Below are positions 27,446 to 37,824 of a DNA stretch of 57,124 nucleotides, one piece after another. The notes beneath the pieces were generated by a model that was not told the origin of the DNA, did not search any database, and worked only from the letters and a program-made list of their open reading frames with translations. Made by a program: the position numbers and the translations under genes. The stretch's first letter is position 1. Every line of letters begins with the position of its first letter. Source of the DNA: an uncultured Planctomycetia bacterium (lineage in GTDB: Bacteria > Omnitrophota > Gorgyraeia > Gorgyraeales > Gorgyraeaceae); NCBI GenBank assembly GCA_964652265.1, contig CAZZAL010000005.1, forward strand, positions 1 to 57,124, in the 5' to 3' direction.

Positions 27446-28123
27446 TCACTTTTTCTTGACCTGACAATCCCGTGGATATAGATATATGGGATTAAGTCGA
27501 CTTAGATCTCTTTTTTTATTCTTCCTTGCCTCAGGAAACGCAAGTCTTATTAGATTAGACGCCCTGGGATACCAATGCTTCTCTTCTAAAAAAATCGAGC
27601 GTTCGCTCAAGCGTTCTATATTTTCCTTATAGAGACTTACGCCATCTCCTAAAAAAATAGCTGGCTCTTTTACCTTTTTCATAAGATCGTCTATTTTTAA
27701 CAATAGGTGTTTTGATCTTTTGACAATACGGTTGTTTTTTCTCATATATATCGCACTATAGACATTACCCCTTTTTGCGTCTATGACAGGTACTATCTGT
27801 CCTTCTCTACCATCTACGTTTAATGCCATTGCATCAATGCTCGCCACGCCGATACACGGTTTACTCAGGGTAAGACCAAATCCTTTTACTGTGCTAACGC
27901 CTATCCTCAGGCCTGTGAACGAACCCGGCCCCAACCCCACAACAAAAACATCTATATCGCTTATGGAAAGACCTACCCCTTTAAGCAACTCCTTGATCTT
28001 CGGCACCAATAAGCTTGAATGTTGCCTGCCAAGAAGAAGGTTCTCCTCTTTTATGATATCATCATTTTCACTTACTGCAACGCTCAAAAACTTTGAGCTG
28101 GTATCAATGCCTAAGATCTTCAA
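27446..28123 (-). CDS. tsaB: tRNA t6A37 biosynthesis protein TsaB
   Basis: 225 aa with KILGIDTSS and GPGSFTGLRIG. Apparent TTG start, overlapping the tsaE 3' end by 20 nt. Confidence 0.85.
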   Translation of the reverse strand: MKILGIDTSSKFLSVAVSENDDIIKEENLLLGRQHSSLLVPKIKELLKGVGLSISDIDVFVVGLGPGSFTGLRIGVSTVKGFGLTLSKPCIGVASIDAMALNVDGREGQIVPVIDAKRGNVYSAIYMRKNNRIVKRSKHLLLKIDDLMKKVKEPAIFLGDGVSLYKENIERLSERSIFLEEKHWYPRASNLIRLAFPEARKNKKRDLSRLNPIYLYPRDCQVKKK

Positions 28124-28523
28124 TCTCTATCTCTCTTTCCTCGTCGCCCTTAATAGTAAACTTCACAGCTATGTGTTTCTCGGGAAGGATATTTTTTATC
28201 TTCTCTGCCCATTCCACAATAGCCACCCCGTTTCCATAAATATATTCCTCGACACAAATATCCTCTATTGCCTCTATATTATCCAACCTGTATAGATCCA
28301 GGTGGTACATGGGGATCCTTGCCTCATATTCTTTTATCAGCACAAATGTAGGGCTGTTTATACGCCGTGCGTCCTTTACACCCAGGCCCCTGCCAATGCC
28401 TTTTGTAAAGGTGGTCTTACCGCTTCCTAAATCCCCGTAAAGCGCAAGGACATCACCTTTCTGTAACCCTCTGGCCAGCTGCTCTGCTAACTGAATTGTA
28501 TCTTCCCGACTGTGCGTTATCAT
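28104..28523 (-). CDS. tsaE: tRNA t6A37 biosynthesis ATPase TsaE
   Basis: 139 aa with LYGDLGSGKTTFTKG and HLDLYRL. Confidence 0.88.
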   Translation of the reverse strand: MITHSREDTIQLAEQLARGLQKGDVLALYGDLGSGKTTFTKGIGRGLGVKDARRINSPTFVLIKEYEARIPMYHLDLYRLDNIEAIEDICVEEYIYGNGVAIVEWAEKIKNILPEKHIAVKFTIKGDEEREIEIEDLRH

Positions 28524-28529
28524 AAGAGA

Positions 28530-29429
28530 TTAAAAATGTCTATATCCTTCAGGTATTAGTTTTTCCATCTTGCCATTCTTTCTCACAAGAAATAGACCTC
28601 TCTGCTTACAGACTCGACCGATCCTCGAAAGCTTCACTCTAAAAGGCCAGGTCTTTTTCAGTCTCTTGGTTTCTCTTGCAGACAATGTAAAGACCAACTC
28701 AAAATCCTCACCATCCCTAACAGCAGAATTAAAATCCTTAGCATGTCTTGAAACAGGTATATTTTTCTCGTAAAGAAAAGCACCGCACTTACTTTGCTTC
28801 AATATATGGCCCAGATCAGCCAAAAGCCCGTCAGAGACATCTATCATGGAATGAATCCTGAAATTTTTTACTAAAAAACGTGACTCTTCTAATCTGGGGC
28901 TAAAGTTAAGGTGTTTTCCTTTTTGCGCCCCTCCGATATCCCCTGTGAGGAATATCGCATCGCCTTCAGAGGCACCACTGCGTAAAACAAGATTCTTTTT
29001 TTCAACCTCGCCTAAGAGAGCCACATTTATAATAATCTTTTTAGATGTGACTGTATCCCCGCCTACCAGGTCCACCTTGTACTTCCTGGCCACATCCCTC
29101 AAGCCTCTATAAAGTTCGTCGATAAACCGAATGTTTAAAGAAGGTGGCACGCCTAATGATACCACGCAAGCACCTGGCACCCCGCCCATTGCAGCTATAT
29201 CGCTTACGTTTGATGAAAGTGCTTTTTTTCCTATGAGATAACCTCCTGCGCGTTTGTAAAAATGTCTGTCCTCTACCAGCATATCAGAAGTAAACAATGT
29301 GTATTTCTTCCCTGTGCCTCTCAAAACAGCAGCATCATCTCCTATGCCTTTTACTACCTGGCGCGAAAGCTTCACGCCCTTGGAAATCCTCTCTATAAAA
29401 TTAAATTCTCCTAAATCTTTTAATATCAT
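28530..29429 (-). CDS. thiL: thiamine-monophosphate kinase
   Basis: 299 aa with LGEFNFIERI, the GDDAAV AIR-synthase-like fold motif, and GGD. Confidence 0.88.
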   Translation of the reverse strand: MILKDLGEFNFIERISKGVKLSRQVVKGIGDDAAVLRGTGKKYTLFTSDMLVEDRHFYKRAGGYLIGKKALSSNVSDIAAMGGVPGACVVSLGVPPSLNIRFIDELYRGLRDVARKYKVDLVGGDTVTSKKIIINVALLGEVEKKNLVLRSGASEGDAIFLTGDIGGAQKGKHLNFSPRLEESRFLVKNFRIHSMIDVSDGLLADLGHILKQSKCGAFLYEKNIPVSRHAKDFNSAVRDGEDFELVFTLSARETKRLKKTWPFRVKLSRIGRVCKQRGLFLVRKNGKMEKLIPEGYRHF

Positions 29430-30426
29430 AAATACCTGACTCTGTTATTATCCCTGTTATCAGTCCGCTGGGAGTAACATCAAACGCTGGGTTGTAAACC
29501 TTTGCTTCCTTTGGAGCAGTCTGCTTTGATCCAATACAGATAAGTTCGGTTCTCTTTCTCTCCTCTATAGGTATGTCCTTGCCTGTTTTTATATTCTTAT
29601 CAATGGTAGAGCTCGGTGCTGCAATATAAAAAGGTATCCTATGGTGTTTTGCAAACACCGCAAGGCCGTATGTACCAATCTTATTCGCTGCGTCACCGTT
29701 TCGAGCGATCCTGTCAGCGCCCACGATGATCTTTGTCACGCCTTTATTCTTTATAGTGCTGGCTGCCATATCATCGCATATGAGCGTTGCATCAATACCG
29801 TTTTTCATGAGCTCCCACATGGTAAGACGCGACCCCTGCATAAGCGGTCTGGTCTCGTCAGCGTATACCTTGAACCGCTTACCCTGTTTCTTTGCTGCAT
29901 AAAAGACAGAAAGCGCTGTACCGTAACCTGCTGTTGCAAGCATGCCTGCGTTACAATGCGTTAAGATCATGTCTCCATTTTTTATGATCTTTGCGCCGTT
30001 TTTTCCGATTGCCCGGCACATAGCCCTATCTTCACACAACACAGAAAGCGCCTCTTTTAAGATCATTTTTTTGATATCCTGTATTCCCTCCTGCCTAGAA
30101 ATGGATAAAAAATGATCTTCCATCCTCTTTAAAGCCCAGAAAAGGTTTACTGCAGTCGGCCTTGTCTTTGATAACCTCAAGCTAGCTATCTTTAAATCTC
30201 TTTTTAATACACTCAAGGTCTTGGCCTTTGAATTGATTGCAGCAAGCGCATAGCCCAGACTAGCGGAAACACCTATAAGCGGTGCCCCTCGCACCCTTAA
30301 TTTTCTAATGGCTTCACATAGTACACCCAGGTTCCTGCACCTTATATATTTCAACCTCGCAGGAAGCTCTGTCTGGTCAATAAAAACTATCGAGTTCCTC
30401 TCCCACCTAATCGGCTCCAGTAACAT
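29401..30426 (-). CDS. mtnA: S-methyl-5-thioribose-1-phosphate isomerase (eIF-2B alpha/beta/delta family)
   Basis: N-terminus MLLEPIRWERNSIVFIDQTELP with GGGGGAG placed 5 nt upstream of the ATG at 30426; also GADRIA..GD.ANKIGTY. The maximal ORF opens with TTG at 30453. Confidence 0.85.
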   Translation of the reverse strand: MLLEPIRWERNSIVFIDQTELPARLKYIRCRNLGVLCEAIRKLRVRGAPLIGVSASLGYALAAINSKAKTLSVLKRDLKIASLRLSKTRPTAVNLFWALKRMEDHFLSISRQEGIQDIKKMILKEALSVLCEDRAMCRAIGKNGAKIIKNGDMILTHCNAGMLATAGYGTALSVFYAAKKQGKRFKVYADETRPLMQGSRLTMWELMKNGIDATLICDDMAASTIKNKGVTKIIVGADRIARNGDAANKIGTYGLAVFAKHHRIPFYIAAPSSTIDKNIKTGKDIPIEERKRTELICIGSKQTAPKEAKVYNPAFDVTPSGLITGIITESGIYDIKRFRRI

Positions 30427-30442
30427 ACTCACTCCCCCATTA

Positions 30443-31546
30443 TTATAATCCAAATATCCTGGCCAGGATGTTGCGTTCTAGCTTCACTGCATTATGCGGG
30501 CACACCTCATGACAACACATACACCTGATACATTTACGTCGGTCTATTACTGATTTTGTATCAGTTACGGTAATGACATCTACGGGGCACGACTCTGCGC
30601 AGATCCTGCATTTTTTGCAAAGCCGCTCATTTATATATGGACCGAACTTTATAAAACGCGCCAAGATTTTCATAGGGCCGCTCGGCAAGTTCATAAAAAC
30701 CTTAGAAGGCGGAAGTTTGAAATCCTTGATAGAATTCTCTTTGAGCCCATCTCCCAAGATTTCAATCTTATTAATATCTATTTCCCCAAGTCCTCTTTTA
30801 CCAGCCTCTCTCGTCGTCAAATTATCACCAGGATCTACTCCTATTAATTTCAAAAATACGCTATCCACTGCCACGCTATCACTGCTTGCTATTAAAAGAC
30901 CTGTCTCTCTCAATCTACCGGAAACAGGTCCATCTCCGTCCATGGCAATAATCCCGTCCATTAAAACAAGGTGCGGCTTTACTATCTCAAGGACATCCAT
31001 CATGACATTGACAAATTCCTCTGGCCTTGGAAATCTTTTATGACACTCTGTTTTATTAAGGCCTGCTACTACGCCGAACATGTTCTTAACGGCTCCTGTG
31101 ATACACATTAAGGAATGCGTCTTCATCTTTGGGAGAGAAATGATCTTGTCATAATCAAAAAAATACGCAGATATCGGCATGCCTCGGACTATTTTAACAT
31201 CCTTGGTCTGGAGGCACTCGATACCGAGTTCTTTTGCTACAGAGAGCATGCCTGAAGATCCATAAGCGTCCTTAGCCTTTAAGGAGCCACCAGGATTATC
31301 GCCTATCACAGGAGAAGCCCCTAGATCCTTTACTAATCTCGCAACAGCCCTTACGACCTCGATGTGTGTATTCACGCCAGCCTCAGGAGGCCTTCCTGAA
31401 AGCATATTAGGCTTTATAATTACCCTCTCGCCTCTTTTTATAAAAGACGATAGACCGCCAAGAAGATCAAATGCCCTTCTGACTGCAGTTAGGACCTCGT
31501 CAGAGTCATACCTCCGGCATTTTACGATTGAAACTTGACTTTTCAT
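30443..31546 (-). CDS. DUF362 domain protein with C-terminal 2x[4Fe-4S] ferredoxin domain
   Basis: 367 aa. The C-terminus CKKCRICAESCP...CIRCMCCHEVCP carries two CxxCxxCxxxCP motifs. The N-terminal/central region is DUF362-like. Confidence 0.75.
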   Translation of the reverse strand: MKSQVSIVKCRRYDSDEVLTAVRRAFDLLGGLSSFIKRGERVIIKPNMLSGRPPEAGVNTHIEVVRAVARLVKDLGASPVIGDNPGGSLKAKDAYGSSGMLSVAKELGIECLQTKDVKIVRGMPISAYFFDYDKIISLPKMKTHSLMCITGAVKNMFGVVAGLNKTECHKRFPRPEEFVNVMMDVLEIVKPHLVLMDGIIAMDGDGPVSGRLRETGLLIASSDSVAVDSVFLKLIGVDPGDNLTTREAGKRGLGEIDINKIEILGDGLKENSIKDFKLPPSKVFMNLPSGPMKILARFIKFGPYINERLCKKCRICAESCPVDVITVTDTKSVIDRRKCIRCMCCHEVCPHNAVKLERNILARIFGL

Positions 31547-32571
31547 CCTACAAGTTCCTTTATAAATAAAATAAAACTGACGATAATACTATTGTGGATT
31601 ATATGTACTGTGATCGATGAGACAAGTGATCCTGTTGTCTCGTAAAGATACGCAAGAAGTACTCCCAGTGCCATTATCGGTAAAAAACCTACGATATTGG
31701 AATGTAGGAGGCTAAAGATAGCGGCGCTCAATAATGCCGCAGTCAATACGCCTAAGCGTTTTTTTATAGCGGGATAAACAAAACCCCTGAAAAACATCTC
31801 TTCTACTATAGGTCCAAACACCGAGACAAAGATCGTCAAAAATAAAAGGACCTTGCTTCTTTCCTCTTCCATAAAGGCTTCTAACACAGGCTGCGCAGGC
31901 GGCGAGTAGCCTAAAAAATTCAAGACCCGGATAGATAAGATCAAGATTACCAGCAATGACGGCACTATAAAAATATACGCTGTTATGCCGACCAAGACAT
32001 TCCTGAAGAAAGAAGAAAACTTAAGGCCTACGCTGGCCAGTGTCTTTTTATGTTTTACTATCACAAAATACAAAAGCACAAGGCATGCAAAGACGTCTAT
32101 GAAAAAGGTGATGATTATAATGCGAAGATTGATATCCAGATTGATATGCAGGGCTTTGATCGCAAACGTCTCGATGAGGCCTGCTAGGTAACTTATAAAT
32201 AAAATGACCAGGCTCATCCTGACCACATCAGGGATCCCCCACACTACAGGCTCTTTCTGCAGAGTACTCTTAAACTCTATCCTTGGCTTCCTTCGAAAAA
32301 TAAAAACTATATTCAATATCAAAGCTATTAGAAATATCAGAAATCCAAAAAATATCGAATACCTAAAAAATCTTGCGCTGGACGTGTCTGTCTCAAAAAA
32401 CGCCTTGACCTTCTCCTCTGTAACCCCTATCTCTTGGAGGCTCATCGAAGAGAAAGTCTTCTCTTCTTCTGTAGATTCTTTCTTCACATGGCCTGCCTGT
32501 ATCATATTGAGGGCCAGTATAAAGACAAATATTATTATATAGATCTTTTCACGTCTGAGGAAATCTAGCAT
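31543..32571 (-). CDS. CPBP-family intramembrane glutamic endopeptidase (CAAX protease-like)
   Basis: Polytopic membrane protein with EEMFFRGF and FSLLH motifs. The ATG at 32571 sits just after the tatD stop. The maximal ORF opens with TTG at 32583. Confidence 0.8.
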   Translation of the reverse strand: MLDFLRREKIYIIIFVFILALNMIQAGHVKKESTEEEKTFSSMSLQEIGVTEEKVKAFFETDTSSARFFRYSIFFGFLIFLIALILNIVFIFRRKPRIEFKSTLQKEPVVWGIPDVVRMSLVILFISYLAGLIETFAIKALHINLDINLRIIIITFFIDVFACLVLLYFVIVKHKKTLASVGLKFSSFFRNVLVGITAYIFIVPSLLVILILSIRVLNFLGYSPPAQPVLEAFMEEERSKVLLFLTIFVSVFGPIVEEMFFRGFVYPAIKKRLGVLTAALLSAAIFSLLHSNIVGFLPIMALGVLLAYLYETTGSLVSSITVHIIHNSIIVSFILFIKELVG

Positions 32572-32572
32572 A

Positions 32573-33337
32573 TTACAGGCCAAATAACTCTTTGGCGTTT
32601 TCTGTAGTGGCGTTTACCACATTATCAAAATCTAAATCCTTGATCCGCGCGATTTCTTCTGCAAGATACTTGATGTAAGCTGGTTCATTGCGTCTGCCGC
32701 GAAAGGCCTGTGGTGCCAGAAACGGCGCATCTGTCTCAAGCAGAAGGCGCTCTATGGGTACTTTTTTCGCAATCTCCCTTAAGCTCCTTGCGTTCTTAAA
32801 GGTAAGGTTACATGTAAATGACACGAACATGCCAAGGTCCAGGCAACCTCTGAGAACCTTCTCGTCTCCGGAAAAACAATGCATCACACCTTTTATGTTC
32901 GGACCCATGACATCTTTTAAAATAAAAAGCACGTCTTCATGAGCTTCACGATCATGTATGATAACGGGCAGATCTTTTCTCTTTGCCTCCTCTAGTAGCT
33001 TTGTAAATAATTTTTTCTGGTTGGACATTGAGGAGATATTTTTATAATAATCGAGGCCTATTTCTCCGACTGCTACAACCTTTTCTTTATCCAGATATCC
33101 TTTGAATAGCTCCAGATCTTTCCCTTTTACGTTATCTGCCTCATGAGGATGAATACCTGCTGCAGCATATATAAATTCATTCTTCTCTGCCAGCTCTATT
33201 GACTTTAAGGTGCCTTCTAGACTGGAACCGACATTTATTATAAGGCCAATGCCTTCTGCCCTCGAACGCCTCAAAACCTCTTCCCTGTCACCTTCAAAAT
33301 CCTTAAAGTCTAAATGACAGTGCGTATCTATCAGCAT
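32573..33337 (-). CDS. tatD: TatD-family metal-dependent hydrolase
   Basis: MLIDTHCHLDF at the ATG at 33337, then GEIGLDY, HCFSG and ETDAPF. The maximal ORF opens with TTG at 33391. Confidence 0.88.
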   Translation of the reverse strand: MLIDTHCHLDFKDFEGDREEVLRRSRAEGIGLIINVGSSLEGTLKSIELAEKNEFIYAAAGIHPHEADNVKGKDLELFKGYLDKEKVVAVGEIGLDYYKNISSMSNQKKLFTKLLEEAKRKDLPVIIHDREAHEDVLFILKDVMGPNIKGVMHCFSGDEKVLRGCLDLGMFVSFTCNLTFKNARSLREIAKKVPIERLLLETDAPFLAPQAFRGRRNEPAYIKYLAEEIARIKDLDFDNVVNATTENAKELFGL

Positions 33338-34488
33338 AACGGAGACATTTCTCTCAGTCTTTTTACTATAGGCGGGATCTCTGTGAGACAATAATCCACA
33401 TCCTCTATCGTATTCTCATAGCCAAATGAAAATCTTATTGACCCCTGCGAAGTATCAGGTGGAACACCCATGGCAGTCAATACATGAGAGGACTCCAGAG
33501 AGCCGGATGTGCACGCAGAGCCGGTTGAGGCAAAAATACCTTTTAGATCAAAGTTCAAAAGCAATGATTCGCCCTCAATATATCTAAAACTGACGTTAAG
33601 AGTGTTTGAAAGACGATTATCAGGATGGCCATTCAGATATATCTCCTTTAATTCCTTGTGCAGGCCACTCAAAAATCTCTTTGTAAGTTTCTTAAAGTGC
33701 TTGTTGTTCTTCTGCATATCCTTAGTAGCCATCTCCACTGCCTTTCCAAATCCAACAATACCAGGTACATTCAGGGTCCCGGCCCTTCTTTTTCTTTCGT
33801 GGTAGCCGCCTGTTTGAAAAGGAAGAATCTTGACGCCCTTCCTTATATATATAGCGCCTATCCCCTTTGGGCCGCCCAGCTTATGCGCAGAAAACGAACA
33901 AAGATCAATGCCCAGATCCTCAACATCTATAGGTTCCTTACCCAGTGCCTGGACCGCATCTGTATGAAAATAGATACCGTTCTCCTTGGCTATCTTTACC
34001 ATCTCCTTTATCGGCTGGATCGTACCGACTTCGTTATTTGCAAACATAACCGATATCAAGATAGTATCTCCTCTTATAGAATCCTTCAATGCCCCTAGAT
34101 CCACTACTCCGTATTTATCAACAGGGAGATACGTGACTTCAAAGCCAAGCTCTTCTTCAGCAAATTTGCACGTCTCTAAAACAGCTGCGTGTTCGATTCT
34201 ACTGGTAATTATATGTCTGCCCTTCTCAAGATTCGCCATACAAACGCCTTTTATGGCAAAATTATCAGACTCAGTCCCTCCAGAGGTAAAAACAACGTCC
34301 ACTGGTTCTGTACCCAATGCATTTCCTATTATTTCTCTCGATGCCTCCACTGCCTTGTGCGCATTTTGTCCCTTTATGTGCACACTAGAGGCGTTTCCGT
34401 ATTCTTTGGTAAAATACGGCATCATTATATCCAGCACTTCTTTACGAACTGGTGTCGTTGCATTGTGATCAAGGTATATTTGTCTCAT
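33331..34488 (-). CDS. cysteine desulfurase (NifS/IscS class)
   Basis: IYLDHNATTP, PLP lysine SFSAHKLGGPKG, and the active-site loop GSACTSG. The ATG at 34488 is preceded by GGAG. An upstream in-frame ATG lies at 34500. Confidence 0.88.
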   Translation of the reverse strand: MRQIYLDHNATTPVRKEVLDIMMPYFTKEYGNASSVHIKGQNAHKAVEASREIIGNALGTEPVDVVFTSGGTESDNFAIKGVCMANLEKGRHIITSRIEHAAVLETCKFAEEELGFEVTYLPVDKYGVVDLGALKDSIRGDTILISVMFANNEVGTIQPIKEMVKIAKENGIYFHTDAVQALGKEPIDVEDLGIDLCSFSAHKLGGPKGIGAIYIRKGVKILPFQTGGYHERKRRAGTLNVPGIVGFGKAVEMATKDMQKNNKHFKKLTKRFLSGLHKELKEIYLNGHPDNRLSNTLNVSFRYIEGESLLLNFDLKGIFASTGSACTSGSLESSHVLTAMGVPPDTSQGSIRFSFGYENTIEDVDYCLTEIPPIVKRLREMSPLC

Positions 34489-34513
34489 AGTATACTCCAT
34501 TATTCTGGAAAAG

Positions 34514-36052
34514 TTATTTGTCGATCTCTATCCTCGGAAATAAAGGCTTACCCTTATTGATCTTTGTGCCGGACCTGGCAAGGCCCCAAGATAAATCCTT
34601 TAAATCTTTCTTCTTTATTACAAGTCCAAGCTGCTGCGCCATCTCTCCAGATGTCCCTGGCAAAAACGGCCACAGTGACATAGATACGATCCTCAAGGTC
34701 TCATAAAGATCATACATCATATCCTTTAACTCATCTGCCTTGCCTTCTTTTGATAGCTTCCACGGAGCCTTTTGCTCTATAAATTTATTCGCCACTCCTA
34801 TCAATCCCCAGATACTAGCCAATGCCTGGCTAAAATCTATCCTGTCCATGCCAACATTGACTTCAGAGCTGACATTCTTTGCTTTGTCAATAAGAGCTTT
34901 GGTAATGTCATCTCCAGTCTCTAATTTTCTCCTTTTAGGCACGATGCCTGAAAAATACTTCTCTATCATAGACAATGTCCTGTGTAAAAGATTTCCAAGG
35001 TCATTGGCAAGATCGCTGTTTATCCTGGAGATAAGTGCCTTTTCAGAAAACGCGCCATCCGCACCAAACGACACTTCCCTCAAGAGAAAAAATCTGTAAG
35101 CGTCCACCCCATACTTATTTGCCATCTCAAGGGGATCCACTATGTTACCTTTTGACTTGGACATCTTGTCCTCGCCTATCTTCCACCAGCCGTGCGCAAA
35201 AACTGTTTTTGGCAGCTCCAATCCAGCAGCGTGAAGCATGATAGGCCAATTGACCGCGTGCATCCTTAAGATATCCTTTCCTATCATGTGTACGTCAGCT
35301 GGCCAGAATTTTTTAAATCTACGAGCATCCGCCCCATATCCACACACCGTTATATAATTTATCAGGGCGTCAAACCACACATACGTGACGTGCTCGTTAC
35401 TAAAAGGCATCTCGATGCCCCAGGACAGTCTGGATTTTGGCCTGGATATACAAAGATCGTTCAATGGATTCTTAAGAAAACTCAGGATCTCATTCCTTCT
35501 TATAACCGGCAATATAAAATCCTCGTGCGAATCAATATAATCCTTGAGCCACTTCTGATATTTTGAAAGCTTGAAGAAAAAATTCTTCTCCTTTATGTAT
35601 TCTACCGGTCTTTTACAGTCAGGACAATTCCCTTTAACGAGTTGCGCCTTGGTCCAAAAACTCTCACACGGCGTACAATACCAACCACTATACTCACCCT
35701 CGTATATATCTCCGTTCTTATAAAGCGTTTCCAATATAGACTTCACCACCTTCTCATGCCTTGCCTCAGTGGTACGGATAAAATCATCGTAAGAGATATT
35801 GAGTTTTTTCCATAGCTCTGAAAATCTAGGCACGACCGAATCCGCAAACAAGCGCGGCTCCATGCCTTTTGCCTCTGCCGCCTGATTTATCTTCTGGCCA
35901 TGCTCATCAGTGCCTGTTGCAAACAAGACCTCCTCGCCCCTTAAGCGCCTGAACCTTGCGAGCGTATCGCACGCTATATTGGTATAAGAATGTCCTATAT
36001 GCGGATTACCATTTACGTAATACAAAGGAGTGGTGATATAAAATTTTTTCAT
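34514..36052 (-). CDS. metG: methionyl-tRNA synthetase (short form)
   Basis: 512 aa with the HIGH motif PHIGHSYT, the KMSKS motif KMSKSKGN, and the zinc knuckle CTPC...CPDC. Confidence 0.92.
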   Translation of the reverse strand: MKKFYITTPLYYVNGNPHIGHSYTNIACDTLARFRRLRGEEVLFATGTDEHGQKINQAAEAKGMEPRLFADSVVPRFSELWKKLNISYDDFIRTTEARHEKVVKSILETLYKNGDIYEGEYSGWYCTPCESFWTKAQLVKGNCPDCKRPVEYIKEKNFFFKLSKYQKWLKDYIDSHEDFILPVIRRNEILSFLKNPLNDLCISRPKSRLSWGIEMPFSNEHVTYVWFDALINYITVCGYGADARRFKKFWPADVHMIGKDILRMHAVNWPIMLHAAGLELPKTVFAHGWWKIGEDKMSKSKGNIVDPLEMANKYGVDAYRFFLLREVSFGADGAFSEKALISRINSDLANDLGNLLHRTLSMIEKYFSGIVPKRRKLETGDDITKALIDKAKNVSSEVNVGMDRIDFSQALASIWGLIGVANKFIEQKAPWKLSKEGKADELKDMMYDLYETLRIVSMSLWPFLPGTSGEMAQQLGLVIKKKDLKDLSWGLARSGTKINKGKPLFPRIEIDK

Positions 36053-36068
36053 GAGCGATCTTTCTTAC

Positions 36069-36854
36069 TTACTTCTTATAATCTATCTCGATCTGCTTCC
36101 CGCCCTCCAGTTCTACAAAGACCTTGCGCTTCAACGCATTTACGCTTATGACTTTACCTTTGCCCTGTTTCGTCTTGATCTTTTCTCCCTCTTTAGGTAA
36201 ACCCTTTAAATATTTTCTATAACTTCCATACTCATATCCAAGGCAACACATCAGCCTTCCACAACAACCTGAGATCTTAGAAGGATTGAGTGGGAGATTC
36301 TGCTCCTTTGCCATCCTTATAGTCACTGGCTCAAACCCCTTTAAAAATGTGGCGCAACAAAGAGGTCTCCCGCAATGCCCGAATCCTCCCAGCATCTTGG
36401 CCTCATCCCTGACCCCTATCTGTCTCAACTCTATCCTTACCTTAAAGATGTGGGCAAGATCTTTGACGAGTTCCCTGAAATCTACCCTGTCTTCGGATGT
36501 AAAATAAAAAATGAGCTTTGTCCTGTCAAAAGAATACTCTGCATCAATAAGCTTCATCTCCAGCTTACGCTCTTTGATCTTTCTTGAGCACGTCTGAAAT
36601 GCATGTTTTATGCGCTTTTTATTTTCGCTTATCCTCTGTACATCTTCTTTTGTTGCAATACGCATAATCTTCTTCAATGGTTTATCAAGATCAGTCTCCT
36701 TGATAAGCGCTGGCTCTGATATTACCTGGGCATAATCATGGCCTCGCTCGACCTCGACTATAACATAGTCTCCGACCTTGGGATGGGTATTGTTCGTATA
36801 GTAATGAAAGATATTACCAGCCCCTCTTAGTCTTAGCTGCACAGTCTCTCGCAT
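36069..36854 (-). CDS. ricT: PSP1-domain protein (RicT/YaaT-like)
   Basis: 261 aa with the PSP1 C-terminal block including the CCATFL and CCGRLMCCL cysteine clusters. Sits downstream of holB, as in Firmicutes. Confidence 0.8.
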   Translation of the reverse strand: MRETVQLRLRGAGNIFHYYTNNTHPKVGDYVIVEVERGHDYAQVISEPALIKETDLDKPLKKIMRIATKEDVQRISENKKRIKHAFQTCSRKIKERKLEMKLIDAEYSFDRTKLIFYFTSEDRVDFRELVKDLAHIFKVRIELRQIGVRDEAKMLGGFGHCGRPLCCATFLKGFEPVTIRMAKEQNLPLNPSKISGCCGRLMCCLGYEYGSYRKYLKGLPKEGEKIKTKQGKGKVISVNALKRKVFVELEGGKQIEIDYKK

Positions 36855-36855
36855 G

Positions 36856-37824
36856 CTAACCTCGTTTCAATTCTACTGCCATGTTAAACAGCGCAATCTT
36901 TGGATTTACATTCTGTCTTAGGTATCCAATCGTCCTCATTATATTCAAAAGATCTTTCTTTAACCTCTCCTCTGAAAATCTCGCAGCATAAGAGGCAATA
37001 TCTCTGGACCTATCGATATTCAATAATCTCCCGGACTCCTTTGTAAACTTTGATACCAATAGATCCCTGTACCAACATAGGAGCATAAAAAGAGCCCCTT
37101 CCAGGTCTTCTCCTTTTGCCTCCTTTAACACGCTCTCGTGTAATATCGCGGTCTTTCTTAAAAAAAAGTCATTTACCATCTGATCCCTTCGTGCAATAAT
37201 ATTTTCTTCTTTAATTTTCACGGCATGACCAAGGCTCCCCATCGCCATATGAGAATATAGCATCGCCTTTTCCGCATCAACATCACACGCCAATAGCTTT
37301 TCCTGGATCTGAGTCTGGCTGAGCAAGTAAAACTTCAGGATCCTGCATCGCGACAGGACAGTCGGAAGAAGCCCAGCGCTATTAGATACGGTCAATATAA
37401 ATATATGATTCTTTGGAGGCTCTTCAAGAAGTCTTAAAAATGCGCTCTGCGCTTCTTCAGTCATCTCCTCTGCATCATTTATGATAAAGACCTTTTTCCT
37501 GGCCTCGTATGGTTTTAAACTGGCCTCGTAAATGATCTCTCTTATCTTAGCAATCTTTATAGAATATGATGTACCTTCCGGATGCACTAAAAAGACATCG
37601 GGATGGTTCCCTGAATCTATCTTATTGCAGGAAGCACAATCACAGCTTGCATCCTGGCTTTTGTCATTACAATTTATCGCCTTGGCAAATTCAATACTTG
37701 AGGTACGTTTGCCAACACCATCCGGTCCCAGGAACAAATAGCTTCCCCTTACCTGATCATGCGCAATCAGGTTCTCTAGGGCTTTTATGGCAACATCCTG
37801 TCCTACTATATTTTTGAATGACAT
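36856..37824 (-). CDS. holB: DNA polymerase III delta' subunit
   Basis: 322 aa with the AAA+ P-loop-like GPDGVGKRT, a Zn module CDCASCNKI, and SRC (LSRCRIL). Confidence 0.85.
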   Translation of the reverse strand: MSFKNIVGQDVAIKALENLIAHDQVRGSYLFLGPDGVGKRTSSIEFAKAINCNDKSQDASCDCASCNKIDSGNHPDVFLVHPEGTSYSIKIAKIREIIYEASLKPYEARKKVFIINDAEEMTEEAQSAFLRLLEEPPKNHIFILTVSNSAGLLPTVLSRCRILKFYLLSQTQIQEKLLACDVDAEKAMLYSHMAMGSLGHAVKIKEENIIARRDQMVNDFFLRKTAILHESVLKEAKGEDLEGALFMLLCWYRDLLVSKFTKESGRLLNIDRSRDIASYAARFSEERLKKDLLNIMRTIGYLRQNVNPKIALFNMAVELKRG